From contig CAVXTP010000022.1 in the NCBI GenBank assembly GCA_963764715.1, positions 352,001 to 416,000 of the forward strand: a stretch of 64,000 nucleotides of DNA, in the 5' to 3' direction. Position 1 is the stretch's first letter; each line of letters opens with the position of its first letter. The stretch comes from an uncultured Acidobacteriota bacterium. Its GTDB lineage: Bacteria; Acidobacteriota; Thermoanaerobaculia; UBA5066; Gp7-AA6. Shown in pieces: positions 8,761-19,057 of the stretch. The position numbers and the translations under genes are program-made. The notes under the pieces are model-generated. The model saw only the letters and a program-made list of their open reading frames with translations, made no database searches and was not told the DNA's origin.

Positions 8761-10739
8761 TCTTTCTGTGTCCGGTGAATCGTTTCCGTCTTGCCGCCTT
8801 CGGGGGCGGTGATCTCGACGCTACGCCCCCGGTCGGTGATCGTCAAGATGGCCCCCGCTACGCGGTTGCCGCCGGCGTCGGTGACGCGCGCCGGATGGCC
8901 CCACAGGACCGTTTTTCCGGCCTTCGGCGAGTCGAGGGCCTTCTCGGCCTCGGCCGAGCGTCCGACCGTCCGGTCGGTCATCTTGACGTCGCCCGAGATC
9001 TCGACGCTCTCGACCTGCCCGTCCTTATCGAGCCAGGCCGTCGAGGCGCCGCCCGTCGAGCGCCAGCCGCCGCGCGTGACGCCGACGCCGCCCTCGAACC
9101 GCGCGCTCCGGTCGGAGTCCTGGTACAGCAGACGGCTCGCCGTGATCACCGAGGCCGGCCGCGGCGCGGCGCCGGCGGTCTTCGCCGGCGCGGGCGCCAT
9201 CACGGCCCGGACCTGCCCGTCGGCGCGCACGGTGCGGTCGGCGTCGGACAGGACGATCGTGTCGGCGAAGAGCGAGGAGTCGTCCTGCCAGAGCGTCGCC
9301 GAGCCCGTCAGGGTCGCGAGATGACGCGCGTCCTCGAGGAAGATGCGGTCGGCCTTCGCGAACGTCGATTTCTTCGGATCGCCGATGAAGGCCGTGCGGT
9401 TGACTTTCTTCTGGGCGTCGGGGCTGAACACCGCCCGGGCGCGCCCGTCGCCGCGGACGGTCTGCTTCCCGCGGTCGAGCTCGATCGTCTCGGCCGAGAG
9501 CTTCGAGCCGGCGCTGTCGACGTGCGCGGCCCGCGCCGGCTCCCCCGTCAGGACCCAGACGTCGCCGTCGGGTCGCTGCACGGCGCGCGCGGCCTGCCCG
9601 CCGCGTCCGTCCGCCTCGACGCGGACGTCGCCCGCGAGCGTGATGTTCCGCGCCGTGCCGTCCCGGCCGAGGGCGAGGCTTCCCTCGCGCGCGTCGGCGT
9701 GGCCGCCCGGAAAGTCGACGCGCACGTCTCCCGCGCCCGAGGCCGTGGATGCCTCGCCGTTCTCGAAGCCGATCTCGATCCGCTTCGCCGTGACCCGCCG
9801 GGCCCCCTCCGAGATCGTGGCCGGCGCTCCCGTCAGGACGACCGAGCGGGACTTCCCCGAGGCGTCGAACGCGAGCGTCGCCTCGTCGCCGGAGTAAGGG
9901 CGTTCGGGCCGGGGGCCCGCCGCGCCGGAGTCCGCCGGGGCCGGACCTCCCGCGAGCAGCCCCCGCACGTTGCCGCTCGCCCGCGCCGAGGAAGGCTTGC
10001 CCCCCTCCGCCGCCATCCGCAGCTCGAGCCGGTCGGCCGCGAGGCGATCCCCGCCGCCCGAGGCCGCGTCCACGAACTCGAGCTCGACGGCGCCGGTGTC
10101 GCGGCGATAGAGGCCCTGCCGCGCCGTGAGCTTCGAGAGCGCGCCATCGCGCTCGCCCGTCGCGGTCCCCTCGACCGGCCCCGCGAATCGCACGACCCGG
10201 TCGGCCAGGTCGTAGCTCGCCGACGGCGCGGTGAACCGGCCCGTCCCCTGGGTGAGCACGACCCGACCGGGGGCCTCGAGCCGGCGGATGTTCGGCTTGA
10301 AGACGATCTGGTCCGTCGTCGCGAGCTGGCCCTCGCGGTCGTTCCACCGGACGTTGCCGGAGAGGCGCGACTCGCGCGTCCGCTCGTCGTAGTCGGCGTG
10401 GTCGGAATGGACGGTCACCGGCGGACCGTCGTCCGGGTACACCGTCAGCTCGACTTTCTCGCCGGCGTAGAGGTTCGGCGCCAGCCCCGCCGCCGGCCCG
10501 TACCCGATGGTTCGGTCCGCCTTGATCCGCATCAGCGGCTTGCCGCCGACCGACTCGGTGAAGTCGAAGCCTTCGAGAAGGGTCGTGGCCTCTCCCGACG
10601 CCTCGGGCGCCGGCGGAATGGCGGCTCCCGGACGCCCGGCCTCCGGCCGGCGGCCCGGCCGGAAGGAGATCCCCAGAACGGCGAGGAAGATCGCCGCGAG
10701 CGCGACGACCGCGAGCTCGAGCTTTCGCCTCGATCTCAT
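8757..10739 (-). CDS. LptC/LptA(OstA)-like multi-beta-jellyroll LPS transport protein (~660 aa)
   Basis: ATG at ATGA overlap; N-terminal TM, repeated L-x-G-[ND]-V beta motifs, position immediately before lptB. Confidence 0.8.
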   Translation of the reverse strand: MRSRRKLELAVVALAAIFLAVLGISFRPGRRPEAGRPGAAIPPAPEASGEATTLLEGFDFTESVGGKPLMRIKADRTIGYGPAAGLAPNLYAGEKVELTVYPDDGPPVTVHSDHADYDERTRESRLSGNVRWNDREGQLATTDQIVFKPNIRRLEAPGRVVLTQGTGRFTAPSASYDLADRVVRFAGPVEGTATGERDGALSKLTARQGLYRRDTGAVELEFVDAASGGGDRLAADRLELRMAAEGGKPSSARASGNVRGLLAGGPAPADSGAAGPRPERPYSGDEATLAFDASGKSRSVVLTGAPATISEGARRVTAKRIEIGFENGEASTASGAGDVRVDFPGGHADAREGSLALGRDGTARNITLAGDVRVEADGRGGQAARAVQRPDGDVWVLTGEPARAAHVDSAGSKLSAETIELDRGKQTVRGDGRARAVFSPDAQKKVNRTAFIGDPKKSTFAKADRIFLEDARHLATLTGSATLWQDDSSLFADTIVLSDADRTVRADGQVRAVMAPAPAKTAGAAPRPASVITASRLLYQDSDRSARFEGGVGVTRGGWRSTGGASTAWLDKDGQVESVEISGDVKMTDRTVGRSAEAEKALDSPKAGKTVLWGHPARVTDAGGNRVAGAILTITDRGRSVEITAPEGGKTETIHRTQKD

Positions 10740-12451
10740 TCGCCCGCGCCCTGCGGCCGCGCCGCCAGGATCTCGGCCCGGACCGGATACCCGGCGCGGT
10801 TCTCGATGCGGTAGAGGACGTCCATCGGCTCGCCCGCCGCCGTCATGGCTTCGAGCGGCGCGCCCGGCTTCCAGGCGATCGCCCCGATCGTGCGCGAGCC
10901 GTCGCCGAGCCGCCCGCGCAGCCCCGAGGCGCCGACCCGGGAAAACGGCCCCGCGGCGCGCACGCCCCGCGCGAGGAAGACCGGCGCGGGGTTGCCGGAG
11001 CCGTGCGGCTCGAGCCGGGCGAGCTCGGCGCAGAGCTCGTCGCCGATCTCCGCGAGCGCAAGCTCCGCGTCGGCCTCGTCCACGCGCTCGAGCGCCTCCG
11101 GCGGGACGCGCGCGGCAAAGAGCTCCCGGGCCTCCCCGCGGAACGCCTCGAAGTGGTCGGCGGGCAGGCTGCCGCCGACGGCCTGGCTGTGGCCGCCGAA
11201 GTCCGTGAAGCGATGCGCGATCTCCGACAGCACGGCATGCAGCGAGACGCCCGGGATGCTCCGCCCGGACCCGCTCGCCCGGTCCCCGTGAATCCCGAAG
11301 AGAAGGACGGGCCGGTGGTATTCCCGCGCCAGGCGCGAGGCCGCGATTCCGAGGACTCCCCGGTGCCACCCGGGATCGGCCTCGATGAGGACGGCGTGCG
11401 CGCCGGCGCCCGGGCCGTCCTCGATGCGGGCCCGGGCCTCGTCCACGACGCGGCGCTCGAGGGCCTGGCGCTCGGCGTTGCCGGCCGAGAGCTCCCGCGC
11501 GATTCCCGCGGCCCGCTCCCGGTCGGGCTCCTCGAAGAGCGAGAGCGCCAGCATCGCCGTGTCGATCCGGCCCGCCGCGTTGAGCCGCGGTCCGATCCGG
11601 AAGGCGACGTCCTCGGACGTCGGGGCCGCGCCCGGCGCGAGGCCGGCCTCGGCGAGCAGGGCCCGGAGGCCGGGCGCGCGCGCCGCCGCGAGCGCGGCGA
11701 GCCCCGCCGCGGCGATCGAGCGGTTCTCCCCCGTCAGCGGGACGAGGTCGGCGATCGTGCCGAGGCAGGCCGCCCGCAGGAGCGACTCGGGCGAGAGCCG
11801 CGCCCCGGCCCGGCGCGCGACGGCGAGCGCGATCTTCATGGCGATCCCGGTCGCGGCGAGCTCCTTCTCGGGGTACTCGCAGCCGGGCTGCCGCGGGTTG
11901 ACGACGATCGCACCGGCCGGAAGCTCCGACGGCACGAGGTGGTGGTCGGTGACGATGACCTCGACGCCGGCCTCCCGCGCGCACGCCACGCCCTCGACGG
12001 CGGTGATGCCGCAGTCGACGGTCACGATCGCCGCCGGGGAGAGCTCGGCGAGCACGCGGCGGACGGTCTCCGGCTTCAGGCCGTAGCCGTCGCGGAGGCG
12101 GTGCGGGATGAACGCCGCCGACTCGGCTCCCGCGAGCCGCAGGGCCGCCCGGAGCTGCGCGACGGACGTGACGCCGTCCACGTCGTAGTCGCCGAAGACG
12201 ACGACGCGGCCGCCGCGGCGGGCGGTCGAGACGAGGAGGTCGGCGGCGGCGCCGACGTTGAGCATCCGGTCGGGATCGTGGAAGGGCCCCTCGCGCGGCG
12301 AGAGGAACGCGCGGGCCTCCGCGGCGCCGTCGACCCCGCGCCGGCGGAGGAGCCGCGCGAGGAGGCTCGAGACGCCGGCTTCGCGGGCGAGCCTCGCGGT
12401 TTCGGCCGGATCTTCCCCGGCGAGCCTCCACTTCCCCACTCGCGGGATCAT
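10736..12451 (-). CDS. recJ: ssDNA exonuclease RecJ
   Basis: GDYDVDG, DGYGL, TVDCGI, TDHH, GTIADLVPL, PRLNAAGR, GSGRS, FGGH. Confidence 0.96.
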   Translation of the reverse strand: MIPRVGKWRLAGEDPAETARLAREAGVSSLLARLLRRRGVDGAAEARAFLSPREGPFHDPDRMLNVGAAADLLVSTARRGGRVVVFGDYDVDGVTSVAQLRAALRLAGAESAAFIPHRLRDGYGLKPETVRRVLAELSPAAIVTVDCGITAVEGVACAREAGVEVIVTDHHLVPSELPAGAIVVNPRQPGCEYPEKELAATGIAMKIALAVARRAGARLSPESLLRAACLGTIADLVPLTGENRSIAAAGLAALAAARAPGLRALLAEAGLAPGAAPTSEDVAFRIGPRLNAAGRIDTAMLALSLFEEPDRERAAGIARELSAGNAERQALERRVVDEARARIEDGPGAGAHAVLIEADPGWHRGVLGIAASRLAREYHRPVLLFGIHGDRASGSGRSIPGVSLHAVLSEIAHRFTDFGGHSQAVGGSLPADHFEAFRGEARELFAARVPPEALERVDEADAELALAEIGDELCAELARLEPHGSGNPAPVFLARGVRAAGPFSRVGASGLRGRLGDGSRTIGAIAWKPGAPLEAMTAAGEPMDVLYRIENRAGYPVRAEILAARPQGAGE

Positions 12452-12498
12452 CGCCGCCCGGCCGGTCAATTCGTGTCCTCGCGCGGCCGGCGCGACGC

Positions 12499-13461
12499 TC
12501 ACGTGGCCGCGGCGGTCTCGAAACGGCCGAGCGCGCGCAGGCGCCGGTAGCGGCGTTCGCGGCGCTCTTCGGCCGTCAGGTCGGCGACCTCCCGCAGGTG
12601 CCGCTCGATCGCCTCGCCGACGGCGGCCGCGGCGCCCGGCGGGTCGGAGTGCGCGCCGCCCGGCGGCTCGGGCACGATCTCGTCGATGACGTCGAGCTCG
12701 ATCAGGTCCTTCGCCGTCAGCTTCAGGGCCTCGGCCGCGTCCTTCTTGCGGGCGGCGTCCTTCCAGAGAATGGCCGCGCAGCCTTCCGGGGAGATGACGG
12801 AGTAGATCGAGTGCTCGAGCATCAGGACGCGGTCGCCGATCCCGAGAGCGAGCGCCCCGCCGGATCCGCCCTCGCCGGTGACGGCGACGATGATCGGGAC
12901 GTGGAAGCGGGCCATCGCCTTCAGGTTGACGGCGATCGCCTCGGCCTGGCCCCGCTCCTCGGCGTCGATGCCCGGGTAGGCTCCGGCCGTGTCGATGAAG
13001 GACAGGATCGGGCGGCCGAACTTCTCGGCGAGCTCCATGACGCGGAGCGCCTTGCGGAACCCGTCCGGCCGCGGCATCCCGAAGTTGCGGCGGATCTTCT
13101 CCTTGGTGTCCCGGCCCTTCTGGTGGCCGACGATCGCGACCGGCCGGCCGCGGAACTCGCCGAAGCCGGAGACGACGGCCGGGTCCTCCGAGAACTTGCG
13201 GTCGCCGTGGAGCTCGACGAACTCGGTCACGAGGGCCTGGATGTAGTCGAGGGTGTACGGCCGGGCCGGGTGGCGGGCGACGAGCGTCTTCTGCCACGGG
13301 GTCAGGCTCGAGTACACCTCGCGGGAGACGCGGTCGAGCTTCTCGCGGAGCTTCTCGATCTCCTTCCGGCGGCCGGCGTCGTCGGGGAGCGCGGACAGCT
13401 CCTCGATTCGGCGGCGCAGGCGGATGATGGGCTCCTCGAAGTGGCCGTTCTCCTGGTTCAC
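12499..13461 (-). CDS. accA: Acetyl-CoA carboxylase carboxyltransferase alpha subunit
   Basis: ARHPARPYTLDY, FIDTAGAYPG, GEGGSGGALA, VISPEGCAAILW. Confidence 0.98.
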   Translation of the reverse strand: MNQENGHFEEPIIRLRRRIEELSALPDDAGRRKEIEKLREKLDRVSREVYSSLTPWQKTLVARHPARPYTLDYIQALVTEFVELHGDRKFSEDPAVVSGFGEFRGRPVAIVGHQKGRDTKEKIRRNFGMPRPDGFRKALRVMELAEKFGRPILSFIDTAGAYPGIDAEERGQAEAIAVNLKAMARFHVPIIVAVTGEGGSGGALALGIGDRVLMLEHSIYSVISPEGCAAILWKDAARKKDAAEALKLTAKDLIELDVIDEIVPEPPGGAHSDPPGAAAAVGEAIERHLREVADLTAEERRERRYRRLRALGRFETAAAT

Positions 13462-13467
13462 GGATTG

Positions 13468-13473
13468 ATTGTA
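13468..13473 (-). promoter_or_regulatory. Putative sigma70 -10 (TACAAT) 6 nt before accA GTG; leaderless
   Basis: Minus strand GGTACAAT-CAATCC-GTG; AT-rich patch in a GC-rich background. Confidence 0.65.
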
Positions 13474-13490
13474 CCGGCTGGTGAGGGGGC

Positions 13491-15905
13491 CTACATCAGG
13501 TCCTGCGGGTCGACGTCCACCGCGATCTGCGTTCCCGCGGGCGCCCGCTCGGGGACGGCGGCTTCGAGGGCCGCGAGAACGGCCCGCCGGTCGGCCGCGC
13601 GCACGAGGATCTGGAACCGCCAGCGCCCCTGGAGCCGTTCGAGCGGCGCGGGCGCCGGGCCCGAGATCCGCAGGTCTCCCCCGGCCGTCCGGAGCGCGTC
13701 GCCGATGCCGCGCGCCGCGGCCTCAGCCCGCTCGCGGTGGACGGACGAGGCGAGGACCGCGGCGAGCTCGCAGTACGGCGGGTAGAAGAAGGCGCGCCGG
13801 AACTCGAGCTCCTGCCGGGCGAAGGTCTCCGCGTCGTGCCGGGCCGCGAGCACGACCGCGGGATGGGACGGGTGAAACGTCTGGACGTGGACGGTGCCCG
13901 GCGAGTCGCCGCGCCCCGCGCGCCCCGCGACCTGCGCGAGGAGCTGAAAGGTCTTCTCCGCCGAGCGGAAGTCCGGAAAGTGGAGCAGCGTGTCGGCCGA
14001 GAGCACCCCGACGGCGGTGACTCCCGGAAAGTCGTGGCCCTTGGCGACCATCTGGGTCCCGATCAGGCACGCGGCGCGGCCCGACTGGAACTCCTCGATG
14101 ACGGCCGCCGCGCCCCGCCGTCGCGCCGTGTCCCGGTCGAGCACGACGCTCTCGACACCCGGGAAGAGGCCGGCGAACCGCTCGGCCACGCGCTCGGTCC
14201 CGGCGCCGATCGCCTCGAGCAGCCCGCCGCCGCACTCGGGGCACCGCGCGGGCCGCGGCACCCTTTCCCCGCAGTAGTGGCAGACGAGGCGCTGGCCGCG
14301 CTCGTGCACCGTCCGGGCGACGCTGCAGCGCGAGCACCGGAAGTCGTGGCCGCAGTCCCGGCACAGGAGAAACGGCGCGAAGCCGCGGCGGGGCTGGAGC
14401 AGGATCGCCTGCTCGCCGCGGGAGAAGGTCTCGCGCAGGCGCTCGACGAGCGGCCGCGAGAAGAGCGGGACGCCCTTCTCCTCGGGCCGCGCGGTCTCCC
14501 GCCGAAGGTCCACGATCGCGACCGACGGGAGCGGCCGCGACGCGATCCGCTCGGGCAGCGTCAGCTTCGTCACGCGGCCGCGCTCGGCCGCGTGGAACGC
14601 CTCGACGGACGGCGTCGCCGAGCCGAAGACGAGGGCCGCGCCGTTCTCCCGCGCGCGGAGGGCGACGACCTCCCGCGCGTCGTACCGCGGGGATTCGCGC
14701 TGCTTGTACGACGCGTCGTGCTCCTCGTCGACGATGAAGAGGCCGGGGTCCTCGACGGGAGCGAACGCGGCCGAGCGCGGCCCGATGACGGCGAGCGCGT
14801 CGCCCGCGCGCACGCGGTCCCAGGCTTCGGCGCGCTCGCGCTCCGAGAGCGCCGAGTGCAGCACCGCCGCCCGCTCCGGGAACTGCCGGCGGAGCTCGCG
14901 GGCGAAGACCGGCGTCAGCGAGATCTCGGGCACGAGCCAGATCGCGCCGCGCCCGGCCTCGAGCGCCGTCCGGATCGCGCGGAGATAGACCTCGGTCTTT
15001 CCGCTGCCCGTGACCCCCTGGAGGAGCGCCGGGAAGTACCGGCGCTCGCGGATCGCGCCGGCGATCGCGTCGATGGCGAAGGTCTGCGGGGCCGTCAGCG
15101 CGAAGGCGGTCGGCCCCGGCCCGGCGCCCGGGGTCGGCCGGTCGTCTTTTCGCTCCTGCTCGAAGGAACGGACGAGCCCCCGGGCGGCGAGGCCGCGCAG
15201 CAGCGCGGGCCCGGCTCCCGTCGCGAGGCGGATCTCGGCGGCCGTGGCGGCCCGTCCGATCGAGTCGAGGAACTCCACGACGACGCGGCCCCGGCGGCTT
15301 CGCGCCAGCGCCTTCGCGCGCTCGCCGGGGTCGGCCGCGACGGAGGCCCACGCCGTCTCGGTCCGCGCGACGGGGCGGCGCGCGGCGGCGACCGGCCGGA
15401 CGAGCCCGGCCTCCTCGAGCCGCCGGAGAGCCTCGCGGCGGGCGCGCCCCTCGCCCGGAAGCTCCACGACGCGCACCGCGTCGCCGGAGGCGAGCCGCTC
15501 GAGGATCGCGCGCTCCTCGCCGGTCCCGCGCGGCGGCCCCAGGATGCCGGCGTCGGTGATGCGGTAGCGCACGGCGCCGGAAGCCGGGAGACGCGCGGGG
15601 AGGGCGCTCTTGAGGACCTCGCCGATCGACGCGAAGAATCGATCGGCGACGCGGGCGGCCGTGGCGAGGAGCTCGGGCGGACAGACCGGCTCGGCGTCGA
15701 GCACCTCGAGGATCGCCCGTTCGCCGGCCGCGGGCTCCGCCGCTTCCGCCGCCAGGGTGACCCCGGTCAGGACCCGCTCGCCGAATGGCACCCGCACGCG
15801 GACTCCCGGGGCGGGGACGGGCTGACCCTCGGGGACGAGGTACGTGAAGCTCTGTCGCAGCGGGAGCGGGAGGGCGACCGAGATCCGGCGGACCGTCGCG
15901 GTCAA
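13491..15905 (-). CDS. priA: Primosomal protein N' (PriA helicase)
   Basis: [23 protein letters not shown], four CxxC pairs, GTQMVAKGHDFP, QVAGRAGR, VDVDP. Confidence 0.98.
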   Translation of the reverse strand: MTATVRRISVALPLPLRQSFTYLVPEGQPVPAPGVRVRVPFGERVLTGVTLAAEAAEPAAGERAILEVLDAEPVCPPELLATAARVADRFFASIGEVLKSALPARLPASGAVRYRITDAGILGPPRGTGEERAILERLASGDAVRVVELPGEGRARREALRRLEEAGLVRPVAAARRPVARTETAWASVAADPGERAKALARSRRGRVVVEFLDSIGRAATAAEIRLATGAGPALLRGLAARGLVRSFEQERKDDRPTPGAGPGPTAFALTAPQTFAIDAIAGAIRERRYFPALLQGVTGSGKTEVYLRAIRTALEAGRGAIWLVPEISLTPVFARELRRQFPERAAVLHSALSERERAEAWDRVRAGDALAVIGPRSAAFAPVEDPGLFIVDEEHDASYKQRESPRYDAREVVALRARENGAALVFGSATPSVEAFHAAERGRVTKLTLPERIASRPLPSVAIVDLRRETARPEEKGVPLFSRPLVERLRETFSRGEQAILLQPRRGFAPFLLCRDCGHDFRCSRCSVARTVHERGQRLVCHYCGERVPRPARCPECGGGLLEAIGAGTERVAERFAGLFPGVESVVLDRDTARRRGAAAVIEEFQSGRAACLIGTQMVAKGHDFPGVTAVGVLSADTLLHFPDFRSAEKTFQLLAQVAGRAGRGDSPGTVHVQTFHPSHPAVVLAARHDAETFARQELEFRRAFFYPPYCELAAVLASSVHRERAEAAARGIGDALRTAGGDLRISGPAPAPLERLQGRWRFQILVRAADRRAVLAALEAAVPERAPAGTQIAVDVDPQDLM

Positions 15906-16522
15906 GTCTGCGCCGCCGGGGGCGAGGACGGCTCGTCGGGGGTGTCGCGCACGAAGACGTGGAGCCGCCGCTCGGGGTCCCAGCGATAGCGCCGCGTGGC
16001 GTCGTCGTCCATGTCGGGCGTCACGACGATGGCGTCGCGATCGAGCGAAACGTCGCCGTCGGCGAGCGAGATGTCGCGCTCGAGGAAGACGCCGGGAGCG
16101 AACGTGCCGCCGGCCTGGCCGTCGAAGACGACGACCGAGAACCAGGGCGAATCCTTGTCGGAATCCCGCCGGACGAAGGCGAGCACGAAGTCGAGGAGCC
16201 CGTCGTCGTTGACGTCCCCGCGCACGAAGTAGGGATGGTAGACGCCGTACATGTCGGCCACGTCGTCGGAGGCTTCGGTGTGCCGCCGGTCGTCGTCGTC
16301 GGCCGCCCGGAGGTCGGGATTGGCCCGCAGGAACGCGGCGACCGCGGACCTCTCCGCGGGGCGGAAGTCGTAGCCCGCCGCCTCGACGCTGGCGGGGGCG
16401 TGGGGCGGCTCCGGACGCGTCGCCGGCGGCGATGCCGCGGCCTCGATCGATTCCCGGCGGCGGCAGGCCGCCGCGGCGAGGAGGAGGCCGAGGGCCACGG
16501 AGCGGGCGACGCGCGCGTTCAT
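15902..16522 (-). CDS. Hypothetical lipoprotein with a DxNxDG calcium-binding-like loop
   Basis: Lipobox-like LLAAAAC after a basic N-terminus; GDVNDDGLLDF; TAGAAT -10 at 16536-16541. Confidence 0.7.
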   Translation of the reverse strand: MNARVARSVALGLLLAAAACRRRESIEAAASPPATRPEPPHAPASVEAAGYDFRPAERSAVAAFLRANPDLRAADDDDRRHTEASDDVADMYGVYHPYFVRGDVNDDGLLDFVLAFVRRDSDKDSPWFSVVVFDGQAGGTFAPGVFLERDISLADGDVSLDRDAIVVTPDMDDDATRRYRWDPERRLHVFVRDTPDEPSSPPAAQT

Positions 16523-16601
16523 CGTGCGGAGGCCGATTCTACGGCAGAGGCCGGGCCCTGTGAGAAGATCTCGGCCGATTCCATTCGAGAGGAGGACTTC
16601 C

Positions 16602-17336
16602 ATGTTCAGCTGGCCGCAGGATTTTGCGACCAATTTCCAGTTTCTGCTCCGCTGGATCCACTTCCTGTCGGGCATCACCTGGATCGGGATGCTCTATTTC
16701 TTCAACCTCGTCAACGTCCAGTTTCAGAAGGAAATCGACGCCGCGGTCAAGGGGAAGATCAATCCGATCCTCCTGCCGAAGACCCTCTGGTGGTTCCGCT
16801 GGGGAGCCGTGTTCACGTGGTTCTCGGGATTCATCTACTACTTCCTGCTCGTCGGCTCCGAGCCCACCGGGCACAAGCCCCTGGCGTACTTTCTCGTGGG
16901 CTGGTCGATCGCCTTCGTCGTGATCTCCGCCCTCTACCGCATGGCCATCGCCGGCGGACCGCTCAAGGACGGGCGGGTGCTGGCGATCCTGATCGCGATC
17001 ATCGTCCTCTTCATCGGGTACGCGACGGCCCTCATGGCGCAGCAGGCCGGCTCCTCCAGCAAGACGATCTCGATCATGGTCGGCGGCGGCCTCGGCACCA
17101 TCATGTTCTTCAACGTCTGGATGATCATCTGGCCGCTCCAGAAGAAGATCATCGCGGCGACGAAGGCCACCGCCGAGAGCGGAGCGCCCGCTCCCGCCGA
17201 CATGCCGAAGTGGGCACGGCGCGCGTTCCTCGCCTCCCGCACCAATGCGTGGCTCTCGATCCCGATGCTCTTCTTCATGGGCGCGGCGAGCCACTTCCCC
17301 ATCTTCTCGACGCTCGAGAAGGTCGTCGCGCCGTAG
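16602..17336 (+). CDS. Urate_ox_N/PuuD-family integral membrane protein without cytochrome c domain
   Basis: RWIHFLSGITWIG..YFFN, LWWFRWGA, GTIMFFNVW.IIWP.QK, SRTN..LSIPMLFFM..SH; SD GGAGG upstream. Confidence 0.82.
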   Translation: MFSWPQDFATNFQFLLRWIHFLSGITWIGMLYFFNLVNVQFQKEIDAAVKGKINPILLPKTLWWFRWGAVFTWFSGFIYYFLLVGSEPTGHKPLAYFLVGWSIAFVVISALYRMAIAGGPLKDGRVLAILIAIIVLFIGYATALMAQQAGSSSKTISIMVGGGLGTIMFFNVWMIIWPLQKKIIAATKATAESGAPAPADMPKWARRAFLASRTNAWLSIPMLFFMGAASHFPIFSTLEKVVAP

Positions 17337-17360
17337 ACGACCGGCCACCGTGTTCGGACG

Positions 17361-17385
17361 AGGGCGGCCTTCGGGCCGCCCTTTT
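17361..17385 (+). terminator. Intrinsic terminator between convergent genes
   Basis: AGGGCGGCC-TTCG-GGCCGCCCT followed by TTT; cUUCGg loop. Confidence 0.85.
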
Positions 17386-19040
17386 CATCTCCCGGGTTTC
17401 GCGAAGATCCGCTCGAAGGCGCCGCCGGCGTTCCAGACGGGACGCGCCGCGTCGAGCGCGACCGACAGCCCGATCAGGAAGTAGTAGCGGACCTCGACCG
17501 CCATGCCGGCGTAGTCGAGCCCGGGCTTCCACTCGTCCGACGGCTGGTGATAGTGCTCCTTGATCCAGGCCGTCATCGTCGCGTGGTTGGTCTTCGTGTC
17601 CCCCGAGGCGTCGCGCTGGCCGACGCTCGGAAAAACGGACGGGATGCCCTGCTTGACGAAGCTGTACTGGTCGGAGCGGACGAAGAAGACCTCCTCGGGG
17701 TTGGGGTCCGGGCTGACGGAGAGGCCGAGGGCCGCCGCCGCCGCGCGAACGTCGCGGTCGAGCGAGCTGTGCTCGGCCCCGAGGGCGACGACGTCCCGCG
17801 GCGTCCACCAGCCGAGCGGGGCGTCGCTGTTGACGTCGGCGACGATCGAGGCGAGGGGGACGGTCGGATGGTGTACGAAGTAGTCCGACCCGAGCAGGCC
17901 CTTCTCCTCGGCGGTGACGCCGAGGAAGAGCACCGAGCGGGGCGGGCGCTTCGGCAGGGCCGCGAACGCCCGGGCGATCTCGGCGACGGCCGCCACGCCC
18001 GCGGCGTCGTCGACGGCGCCGTTGTAGATGTCGTCGCCGGCGACCGCGGGGCCGCGGCCGAGATGATCGAGATGGGCGGAAAAGACGACGTGCTCCCGTG
18101 AGCGCCCGGGATCCGAGCCCGGCAGGACGCCGACGACGTTCTCCGACGTCAGGCGGCGGACCGACGCGCCCGTCTCGAGCGTGGCCGTCAGTCCGAGCGG
18201 GAACGGACGCAGCTTTCCCTCCTGGCCCAGCGCCCGGAGGGAGGCGAGCGTGTCCGTGCGTCCGGCCGCCTTCAGGATCCGGGCGAAGGCGTCGGGGCTG
18301 ATCGCCGCGGCGGGGATGGGGCTCCCGCTCCCCGGGGCGTCGCCCTCGAGCCAGTACATCTTCTCGAAGGCGAGGTTGTGGCGCGCGGCCTTCTCCCACG
18401 GGTACGACTTGAGCGACTCCGGATTCGTCACCGTGATGAAGCCGACGGCCCCGCGCTCGGCGAGAAGGCGCGCCTTGCGCTGTGTGTCCCCGTAGACCGC
18501 GCTCGCCGCCGTCGGGAAGAAGTCCTCGCGCTCCGAGATCGGCGCCTTGGAGAGCACGACCGCGATCTTTCCGCGCAGGTCCCCGGGGACGTCGTCGTAA
18601 CCGTAGACCGGCGCCTGCACCCCGTAGCCCGCGAAGACGAGCTCGCCCGAGACCGTCGCAACGGGCCGGGACGGGGCCGGCGCCACGATGACTTCCGTCT
18701 CCGGGGAGAGCGTCCAGGCCGGCGCCGGCGAGTCGATGCGGAGCGCGCAGCGCGCCGGATCGACCTTGAGCGCGAGGAGAGGCACGGACTGGAACCAGGT
18801 CCCCTTCTCCCCCGCCGGCTGGACGCCGGCCGCCTGGAGCTGTGCGGCGAGATAGCGCGCCGCGATCGCGTGGCCCGGGGTGCCCGTTCCCCGGCCCTCG
18901 AGCAGGTCGTCCGCGAGGAAGCGGATGTGGGCGGAGAGGGCGGCGGGCTCGATCGCCGCGAGGCCCGGCGCCCCGACGCGGGCGAGCTCGGCCGGGGCGA
19001 TGGCGGCGAGGAACAGTCCGAGGGCGGCGAATCCCGGCAT
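17385..19040 (-). CDS. M28 family metallopeptidase with PA domain, exported
   Basis: LADDLLEGRGTG, SAHLDHLG, IYNGAVDDA, TAEEKGLLGS, RSDQ, YHQPSD; signal peptide. Confidence 0.93.
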   Translation of the reverse strand: MPGFAALGLFLAAIAPAELARVGAPGLAAIEPAALSAHIRFLADDLLEGRGTGTPGHAIAARYLAAQLQAAGVQPAGEKGTWFQSVPLLALKVDPARCALRIDSPAPAWTLSPETEVIVAPAPSRPVATVSGELVFAGYGVQAPVYGYDDVPGDLRGKIAVVLSKAPISEREDFFPTAASAVYGDTQRKARLLAERGAVGFITVTNPESLKSYPWEKAARHNLAFEKMYWLEGDAPGSGSPIPAAAISPDAFARILKAAGRTDTLASLRALGQEGKLRPFPLGLTATLETGASVRRLTSENVVGVLPGSDPGRSREHVVFSAHLDHLGRGPAVAGDDIYNGAVDDAAGVAAVAEIARAFAALPKRPPRSVLFLGVTAEEKGLLGSDYFVHHPTVPLASIVADVNSDAPLGWWTPRDVVALGAEHSSLDRDVRAAAAALGLSVSPDPNPEEVFFVRSDQYSFVKQGIPSVFPSVGQRDASGDTKTNHATMTAWIKEHYHQPSDEWKPGLDYAGMAVEVRYYFLIGLSVALDAARPVWNAGGAFERIFAKPGR

Positions 19041-19057
19041 GGGTCCTCCCGGAAGGG

